In this document: piece after piece, positions 24,941 to 33,684 of the stretch | Numbering within the stretch: the first letter of the stretch is position 1 | How the letters are laid out: every line of letters starts with the position of its first letter | NCBI GenBank assembly: GCA_001823505.1 | Contig: MHUS01000016.1 | Span: forward strand, 4,555-38,238 | DNA length: 33,684 nt | Origin: Candidatus Yonathbacteria bacterium RIFCSPHIGHO2_01_FULL_51_10 | GTDB taxonomy: Bacteria; Patescibacteriota; Minisyncoccia; Phycocordibacterales; UBA1539_B | Reading direction: 5' to 3' | Position numbers and translations under genes: made by a program | The notes under the pieces: generated by a model | What the model was told of the DNA's origin: nothing | What the model saw: only the letters and a program-made list of their open reading frames with translations | The model's database searches: none

Positions 24941-25962
24941 GGTTGGGGCATAGTTCTTCGAATAGAGTACGTTTTTCGTCCCTGTGATTCAAAATAATTT
25001 CGGGAGAGCACTTCGCATAAAACGCCGAGCCCGATAAGCTGTAGCCCCGCCAAAATAAACAACACGGAAAAAACAAGGAGTGGGCGCCCGCCAATTGAAG
25101 CAAGGTATACTACTTTAATAAATACGAGGTACGTGAGTCCTCCGCCCCCGATCGCAAGTAGACCCAGGCCCAACGAACCAAACATACGCATCGGCTTAGT
25201 AATAAACTTTGAAAAAAATTGTATGGTAATAACGTCAATAATGACTTTAAAGATCCTCGAGAGTCCGTATTTCGACTTGCCGAACCGACGCGGATGATGA
25301 TTCACTATGATCTCTGCAATGCGGGCACCATGCATGCGGGCATAAATGGGGAGGTAGCGATGCATGTCGCCATACAGATTGATCTCATCCAAAATTTCAC
25401 GGCGGTATGCCTTTAGTGCGCATCCAAGATCATGAATCGGTGTATTCGCAAGACGTGCAATAAGAAAATTTGCAATGACGGAAGGGATTCTCCTTGTGAC
25501 CATTTTATCTTTGCGATCCTTGCGCCACCCGGAGACCACGTCATATCCCTCGTTCAATTTTTCTATCAAAAAAGGGATATCTCGTGGATCATTTTGCAGA
25601 TCAGCATCAAGAAGCACAACGATGTTCCCCTGAGCGGCGTCAATTCCGGCAGCAAGTGCCGGCGTTTGTCCAAAATTCGCGCGCAGTTCAATGCCGCGCA
25701 CGCGTTTATCGCGCATTTGGATTTTCTCGATCTCGTAAGATGTTTCATCAATGCTCCCATCATCCACAAAAATGATCTCATATCTGAGACCGGTTCCTTC
25801 AAGCACTGTAGTGAGTGAAGCGTAGAGCTCAGGAAGATTCCCCGCCTCATCTTTTGCGGGAATGACCACAGACAAATCGAATGTTCCCTGCACTGGGAAT
25901 TTATCAGGCAGGGCAACATTTGCACGATAGGGGAACGACATGACTTTGTTTTTTGTATGCAT
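24937..25962 (-). CDS. Polyprenyl-phosphate glycosyltransferase (GtrB/ArnC/DPM1-like GT2)
   Basis: SVVIPAKDE, VDDGSID, NFGQTPAL, LDADLQNDP, DVVSGWR and RRFGKSKYG; two C-terminal TMs. Confidence 0.93.
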   Translation of the reverse strand: MHTKNKVMSFPYRANVALPDKFPVQGTFDLSVVIPAKDEAGNLPELYASLTTVLEGTGLRYEIIFVDDGSIDETSYEIEKIQMRDKRVRGIELRANFGQTPALAAGIDAAQGNIVVLLDADLQNDPRDIPFLIEKLNEGYDVVSGWRKDRKDKMVTRRIPSVIANFLIARLANTPIHDLGCALKAYRREILDEINLYGDMHRYLPIYARMHGARIAEIIVNHHPRRFGKSKYGLSRIFKVIIDVITIQFFSKFITKPMRMFGSLGLGLLAIGGGGLTYLVFIKVVYLASIGGRPLLVFSVLFILAGLQLIGLGVLCEVLSRNYFESQGRKTYSIRRTMPQP

Positions 25963-26243
25963 GATATTATCGAGCTTTAAAAAATCTAAAAACAGCGTCT
26001 GGCAATTACATTACCTAGAACCGCTTCGTCATATTCAACTTGTGATGATTCGTTGATGAAATACAGACAAACACTTTATACAGTTTTACGGGCAAAACAA
26101 TCGTTAATTTGGGCGTATTTTCCTATTCCCTGCACATGTAGCCGTCCATCCTATTGTTTGATGACAATCGAACCAAAATTCTCTTTAGGTGTAGCAAATG
26201 GCCCCAGCGTTCACCGTAGAAAAATACGCTGCTCACGCAACAC

Positions 26244-26278
26244 AAAAAAACCGGCCATAATCGCAATGGCCGGTTTTT
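26244..26278 (-). terminator. Terminator of the atp operon
   Basis: AAAAAAACCGGCCAT-AATCGCA-ATGGCCGGTTTTT. Confidence 0.85.
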
Positions 26279-26300
26279 ACGTTGTCGAACTCAGTATTGA

Positions 26301-26540
26301 CTATAGCAAGATCACCGCTTCGTTGCGAGATACTTCAAGAAGCCCATGGTCTAGAGAAAATGTGGTTATGTCATGCTCGGTCTTGATGCGAATCTCGCCG
26401 CCCTTAAGTCTCGTGATAAGCGGCGCATGATGCGCAAGCACGGTAAGCTCTCCCTCACTGCCAGGGCAATTTACTGACACGACATGCCCGTGAAAGAGCG
26501 TCTTGTCGACAGTCGCAATCGTAAGAGGGAATGTAGTCAT
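26301..26540 (-). CDS. atpC: ATP synthase epsilon subunit, N-terminal beta-sandwich only
   Basis: PGSEGELTVLAHHAPLIT motif; last gene of the operon. Confidence 0.92.
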   Translation of the reverse strand: MTTFPLTIATVDKTLFHGHVVSVNCPGSEGELTVLAHHAPLITRLKGGEIRIKTEHDITTFSLDHGLLEVSRNEAVILL

Positions 26541-26545
26541 AATAG

Positions 26546-28112
<1,567 letters not shown>

Positions 28113-28337
28113 TTATGCGTGAGCTGAGACAATGAGTGGTTCACGTCTGGCATGCGCACCTGCATCTTCGCGGCTTATCAGACGATTCGTCTCAAGAACA
28201 AGACCGAGTGCTTCTTTAAGGTTTTTACGCGCTTCGGCAAGAGTATGCCCTTGTGTATTAACACCGGAAAGCTCCTCGACCCAACCGAGGTACCACTTTC
28301 CACTTTTTTTATATACGGCAGTAAATTGCTGCTTCAT
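28113..28337 (-). CDS. hicB: HicB family antitoxin, short form without DNA-binding domain
   Basis: WVEELSGVNTQGHTLAEARKNLKEAL motif; abuts hicA. Confidence 0.9.
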   Translation of the reverse strand: MKQQFTAVYKKSGKWYLGWVEELSGVNTQGHTLAEARKNLKEALGLVLETNRLISREDAGAHARREPLIVSAHA

Positions 28338-28343
28338 TGCGCC

Positions 28344-28373
28344 ATGCTACCACGCATTATGCTTTTTCGTCAA
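28344..28373 (-). promoter_or_regulatory. Sigma70 promoter of hicBA (leaderless-type)
   Basis: TTGACG-18 nt-TAGCAT with extended -10 TG; 6 nt separate it from the ATG. Confidence 0.6.
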
Positions 28374-28420
28374 ACAAAAAATCTTCACGCTCCCTAAAAC
28401 ATTAGCGACTATTCCAATGA

Positions 28421-29347
28421 TTATTTCATCGCCTCGACGCCGCCCACGATCTCACTCACTTCACGGGTGATGGCGGCCTGGCGCGCTTTGTTAAATTCTC
28501 GGGTGAGATCCTCCGCCACTTCATCCGCCTTATCTGATGCATTCTTCATGGCGACACGCCGCGCAGAATGCTCTGATGCCTGCGCTTCAAGCACCGCGTG
28601 AGTGAGCTCCACCGAGAGCAAAAATGGCACGAGCTCCTCGAGCACGCTTTGCGCAGATGGCTCAAAAAGATATTCCGATACGGTGCCATTTCCATCAGCA
28701 TCAAACGCTGCGAGCCCGGAAAACTTCCCGCGCTCGGGCAAGATGGCATTGACCGTCTCTTCAAGGGCGCGCGGGTCAATGGGAACCATCTGCCGCACCA
28801 CAGCCTCCTGCACCATCGTTGAGCGAAAGTGTGTATAGACAACAAAGACTTTGCCGATCGTCTGGTCATCGGTGAGGCGTATGATATGCTCCACCACTTC
28901 ATGGAGCGCATTCGCAGAAAGTTCATCCTCACGAAGTGGCACATTGTGCTCTATCGTATATCCACGCTTTGAAAAAAATTCATATCCTTTCTTGCCGATC
29001 GTTATGAAGCGAACATCTTCCCGGGCAAGGCCCTGTGCTTCGATATTTCGCGTTGTAGCTTTGAGCACTGAGCTGTTGAGCGCACCGGCGAGTCCTTTGT
29101 CGCTCGTCACCACCACGATCACTGCCCCATTCCCGCTCCGCGGCCGCATGAGCGGATGCACAATCGGCGCGTTGCTGGCAAACACGCGGCGTAGGATCGA
29201 GAGTGCGTGGAGTGCATACGGCCGACCACCCAATGCCGCAACCTGCGCCTTGCGCATCTTCACGGCAGAAACCGCCTCCATCGCCTTGGTGACTTGATGG
29301 GTTTTTTTGACCGAAATGATCTTGCTTTTGATTGACTTAAGTGACAT
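28421..29347 (-). CDS. atpG: ATP synthase gamma subunit
   Basis: VTKAMEAVSAVK, TSDKGLAGALN and NKARQAAITREVSEI. Confidence 0.97.
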   Translation of the reverse strand: MSLKSIKSKIISVKKTHQVTKAMEAVSAVKMRKAQVAALGGRPYALHALSILRRVFASNAPIVHPLMRPRSGNGAVIVVVTSDKGLAGALNSSVLKATTRNIEAQGLAREDVRFITIGKKGYEFFSKRGYTIEHNVPLREDELSANALHEVVEHIIRLTDDQTIGKVFVVYTHFRSTMVQEAVVRQMVPIDPRALEETVNAILPERGKFSGLAAFDADGNGTVSEYLFEPSAQSVLEELVPFLLSVELTHAVLEAQASEHSARRVAMKNASDKADEVAEDLTREFNKARQAAITREVSEIVGGVEAMK

Positions 29348-29382
29348 ACAAGGTGTGCCCTTCTGAACGCGCGTGGTTTATT

Positions 29383-30945
29383 TTACGCAAAGAATGCCGG
29401 ATGTGTTTCTTTAAAGCGTGCGAGTCCTGCGATCAACTCTTCCTCGGTATCTTTTGCGATCTCATGGCTCGTGCGGATCGTCTCAACGAGCGTACGATGC
29501 TCGGTATCAAAGAAACGCAACAGTGCCTGCTCGCACGCACCCACCTGCTCCACCGGTACGGTATCGAGTACCCCGGAGATAGCGGCGTAGATGCTGATCG
29601 CCTGCCGCTCAAACGACAGCGGCGCATGTTTGTACTGCTTCAAGATCTCAGAAAGTCGGCGACCCTTTTCGATCCGTGCCTTGGTGTCAGAATCAAGGTC
29701 CTGTGAAAATTGCATGAATGCTTCAAGCTCGCGAAATTGCGCAAGCTCGAGGCGAATCTTACCGGCAACTTTTTTCATCGCTTTGGTTTGCGCCGATGAA
29801 CCGACACGAGAAACCGAGAATCCGACATTGATCGCCGGGCGCGTGCCTTTGTTGAAAAGATCCGTATCAAGAAAGATCTGTCCGTCAGTGATCGAGATCA
29901 CATTCGTCGGAATGTATGCTGAGATGTCTCCCTGCTGGGTCTCAATGATAGGAAGCGCGGTGAGCGACCCCCCGCCGAGTTCCTTTGAAAGCTTCGCGGC
30001 ACGCTCAAGGAGACGGGAGTGAAGATAAAACACGTCTCCCGGATACGCCTCGCGACCAGGAGGACGACGCAGGAGGAGCGAGAGTTGCCGATACGCAACG
30101 GCGTGCTTGGAAAGATCGTCGTAGACAACCAACGCGTCTTTGCCTTGTCCCATGAAGAATTCACCGATGGTGGCCCCTGCATACGGAGCGAGAAATTGGA
30201 ATGCGGCCGGATCAGAAGCGCCGGCCACAACGATAATGCTCCACTCCATCGCACCGCGCGCCTCAAGCTCATGGACGAGCTGAGCGACCTTCGATTCTTT
30301 TTGTCCGATCGCCACATAGATACAAATGGGGCGATGCTCTTTTGGCTCACTTGCCTGATTTAAAATGGCATCGATCGCGATGGTTGTTTTGCCTGTTGAT
30401 CGATCACCGATGATGAGCTCGCGCTGGCCGCGCCCGATCGGCACCATGCCGTCGATCGCTTTGATGCCGGTGTGAAGCGGAACGTTAACCGAAGCGCGAT
30501 CGATCACGCCATAGGCAACGCGCTCTATCGGATACATTGTGTCTTTGGGCAACTCACCCTTGCCGTCGATCGCCTCACCCAAGGCGTTCACCACGCGACC
30601 CACCATGGCGTTTGATACCGGAATAGAGAGCACCTTGCCGGTACCGCGTGCGATCATTCCTTCCCGGACCTGCGCACCGTTCCCCAAGACAACCGCTTTA
30701 ACGGAATCTTCCTCAAGGTTGAGTACCAGGCCATAGACAGCGTCCGACTTGCCCAACGTTTCCGCGAGACTCTTCCCTTCCCCGTCATCAAACACGATCA
30801 TCTCCGACATCATCGCGTCCGTAAGACCGTCGATCTCAACAATGCCGTCTCCCACGGAAACAACCGTCCCGATGCGCTCGAGCGCCGCTTCGGGAACGAA
30901 GCCTTGGATCTCTTTGCGGAGTTTTTCTATGATCGTAGTGTTCAT
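29383..30945 (-). CDS. atpA: ATP synthase alpha subunit
   Basis: [31 protein letters not shown] and [11 protein letters not shown]. Confidence 0.98.
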   Translation of the reverse strand: MNTTIIEKLRKEIQGFVPEAALERIGTVVSVGDGIVEIDGLTDAMMSEMIVFDDGEGKSLAETLGKSDAVYGLVLNLEEDSVKAVVLGNGAQVREGMIARGTGKVLSIPVSNAMVGRVVNALGEAIDGKGELPKDTMYPIERVAYGVIDRASVNVPLHTGIKAIDGMVPIGRGQRELIIGDRSTGKTTIAIDAILNQASEPKEHRPICIYVAIGQKESKVAQLVHELEARGAMEWSIIVVAGASDPAAFQFLAPYAGATIGEFFMGQGKDALVVYDDLSKHAVAYRQLSLLLRRPPGREAYPGDVFYLHSRLLERAAKLSKELGGGSLTALPIIETQQGDISAYIPTNVISITDGQIFLDTDLFNKGTRPAINVGFSVSRVGSSAQTKAMKKVAGKIRLELAQFRELEAFMQFSQDLDSDTKARIEKGRRLSEILKQYKHAPLSFERQAISIYAAISGVLDTVPVEQVGACEQALLRFFDTEHRTLVETIRTSHEIAKDTEEELIAGLARFKETHPAFFA

Positions 30946-30968
30946 GGGAATAGCGTTTTGATTAAAAA

Positions 30969-31376
30969 TTATGCGGTTATCATGCGTTGATAGAGTTCAA
31001 GCAGCGCGCGCTTGCCGCTTGCATCAATGATCTTGTCCCGGGTACGCATCCGATAGCCGGTGGAAAGCGTGGGATCAACAGCGAAAGAAAGTGTCTCTGG
31101 GGCAACAGCGAGTGTCCGCGCCGCCTGTGCAATATGCTTGGCCTCTGTCTCAATGATCTCCTTTCGGGCCACCATGACGGTCGTCGTGGCCGCGAGGGTT
31201 TGCTCCTTCATGAGGCGCTCAAACGATGTGCTGATCTTGGGGAGCAGTCGTGTATGCCCGGCCTTGCGCACCACTGCGACAAACCGCTTCATCACCGCCT
31301 CCGCTTCATGGGGGGTAGCGCGTTCAAGCGCCTGCATCAGAGCTTCTGCGTATTCGTGAGCGGTAACCATATTCAT
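30969..31376 (-). CDS. atpH: ATP synthase delta subunit (short, divergent)
   Basis: Lies between atpF and atpA; YAEAL N-terminus and [20 protein letters not shown]-terminus. Confidence 0.85.
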   Translation of the reverse strand: MNMVTAHEYAEALMQALERATPHEAEAVMKRFVAVVRKAGHTRLLPKISTSFERLMKEQTLAATTTVMVARKEIIETEAKHIAQAARTLAVAPETLSFAVDPTLSTGYRMRTRDKIIDASGKRALLELYQRMITA

Positions 31377-31379
31377 TGA

Positions 31380-31823
31380 TTATCGTTTTTGTAATACGCG
31401 CTCCGCTGCAAGCACAGCCATCCGCGCGATCTCTTCTTTGCTCTCCATGATCGTGCGGCGCTTTTCCTCCTCGGCACGCTGCTCTGCACGACTGATTATC
31501 GCGGCGCTCTCTTCTGCCGCAGCTTTGACCACCTCCGCGTGCGCTTCAGACGAAACGCGACGTGCCGTCTCGGCAAGTACCTCCGCCTCACGTGTTGCAT
31601 TCATGATGATGTGTCGACGCTCGTCTTCCGCGCCCTTCAGCTCGCGAGCAGCGTGCTGCGCGTCTTCTATGCCGCGCTTGATGTGCGCTTCACGTTCGGC
31701 AACAATGCGCAAGATCGGCCGATAGAGGAACCGGTGCAGAATGAACAACACCACGGCAAAGTTAAGCGCCTGAAACAACAGGAGCTCCCACTTGATACCG
31801 AAGGTTGTGATGATTTGTTCCAT
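31380..31823 (-). CDS. atpF: ATP synthase b subunit
   Basis: QALNFAVVLFILHRFLYRPI..ERE then a coiled coil. Confidence 0.93.
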   Translation of the reverse strand: MEQIITTFGIKWELLLFQALNFAVVLFILHRFLYRPILRIVAEREAHIKRGIEDAQHAARELKGAEDERRHIIMNATREAEVLAETARRVSSEAHAEVVKAAAEESAAIISRAEQRAEEEKRRTIMESKEEIARMAVLAAERVLQKR

Positions 31824-31851
31824 GTTTTACGAGTGCGTCCCGTGATACTCC

Positions 31852-32845
<994 letters not shown>

Positions 32846-32921
32846 GAAAATACCTAAAAAGAAAGCCCGCCCGAAGGTGGCTTTTTGATACGCCCAATAC
32901 TACCACGTTATAGGGCAAAAT

Positions 32922-32951
32922 GAAACCCCGCTGTTGCAAGCGGGGGGGGTT
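32922..32951. terminator. Hairpin downstream of the 100-aa ORF
   Basis: CCCCGCT-GTTGCA-AGCGGGG, with only a short T-run on the minus strand. Confidence 0.5.
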
Positions 32952-32973
32952 ATCACGTTGATTTTAGGGGGGG

Positions 32974-33276
32974 CTAGGCAGCGACCGTCAGTGGTAGTAT
33001 CGCCAAGAATGAATTGTAGCACCGCGGAGACCCACAGACGGGCCTTGCGAACCTGTGCCCCGTAAGCTGGTCGGTGAGTGCAGGACGGAGCTCGTCAAGC
33101 TTACTACCCAAGATCTCTCCTTCGTTATCGTAGGCCTGCTCAATAACAAGCTTGATCTTTGCCGCGTGCCCTTCGCAATTGAAGCACCGGCTGTTTTCCT
33201 TTTGGAGTTCCCGCCGCGCAAGTACGGACAGCTGCTTGCCTTTAACGTTAATTCTTAACACCTGCTGATTCAGCAT
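32974..33276 (-). CDS. Orphan 100-aa protein with putative Zn site (CFNC...CGSPRC)
   Basis: SD-like GAGAGGGG upstream, four Cys in two pairs, followed by a hairpin. Confidence 0.55.
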   Translation of the reverse strand: MLNQQVLRINVKGKQLSVLARRELQKENSRCFNCEGHAAKIKLVIEQAYDNEGEILGSKLDELRPALTDQLTGHRFARPVCGSPRCYNSFLAILPLTVAA

Positions 33277-33400
33277 AATTCCCCTCTCTGTTGGAACAAA
33301 CCAGCGTTCTGTTTATCACATGGGTGTATGGTGTGTCAATATCACGTCAACTCTTTGCTTCGGTTTACGTTCTTCTTAATTCCGACAATGTTTCGTTCTG

Positions 33401-33416
33401 TGGACCCTAGCGGAAT
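33401..33416 (-). pseudogene. tRNA-Ala-like 3' fragment (att-site-like)
   Basis: Minus strand ATT-CCGCT-AGGGTCC-A gives T-loop end, T-stem, Ala-type acceptor strand with U70 and A73. No 5' half is visible. Confidence 0.55.
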
Positions 33417-33637
33417 TTCTCCCGCGACTAAAATTTTTCGTCAAAAAATTTTGTCTGGGCACCAGTTTATGTTTGTGTACACAAGTCACTAAGTATATTG
33501 TTTCGCTACGCTCACAATCTACATAAGTGCTCGCGACCCCGGCTCGTGGTTTTTCTCTGTAGGATCAGAGAAAAACATCACTGCGCCTTCCACAAACTAA
33601 AAATCTGCCGCAGGGCAGATTTTCTTAACGTTTGTGG
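33417..33637. other. Multi-hairpin non-coding element
   Basis: At least four adjacent inverted repeats (33426-33455, about 33487-33529, 33546-33581, 33590-33637). Confidence 0.65.
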
Positions 33638-33684
33638 TGTTATTTTAGCATTTGCGCGAACCTTTTTTGAACGGAACTCCTGAC

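Noticed and set aside
26053..26430. 125-aa plus-strand ORF
   Set aside because: It crosses the atp terminator and runs antisense into atpC, with no motif.
33498..33683. 61-aa ORF ending ARTFFERNS
   Set aside because: It lies across the hairpin array with a weak start. It could be a relic of a gene tail, but it is not supportable as a CDS.

Overview
This window looks like a Patescibacteria (CPR, probably Parcubacteria) chromosome segment. The basis is SD-less core genes, a truncated ATP synthase epsilon, DUF5667-type proteins and TGA used as a stop (code 11). Almost all genes are on the minus strand. By increasing coordinate it holds: truncated ychF; a CapA-family phosphoesterase; tandem tRNA-Pro genes; a PD-(D/E)XK nuclease; a gene whose 3' end has the signature of a diversity-generating-retroelement (DGR) variable repeat, with no TR or RT in the window; a DEDDy exonuclease; several self-contained orphan cassettes; a CAP protein; an ABC-2 exporter; and a family-4 UDG. 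After these come an ECF sigma factor with two DUF5667-type proteins, a DUF475/TerC-like protein, tRNA-Val with upstream 5'-fragment repeats, TspO, tRNA-Ala and a five-gene cellulose-synthase-like/GH8/GT-C glycan cluster with two unusual fusions. The window ends with an F1Fo ATP synthase operon interrupted by a hicBA toxin-antitoxin pair and a highly structured non-coding element attached to a tRNA-Ala 3' fragment. The best leads are the orphan DGR target, a three-copy ECF promoter motif (TGTAA[GT]-N16-CGTCTT) linking the sigma locus to the secreted GH8, and the glycan cluster. All family calls come from motif reading, not database searches.
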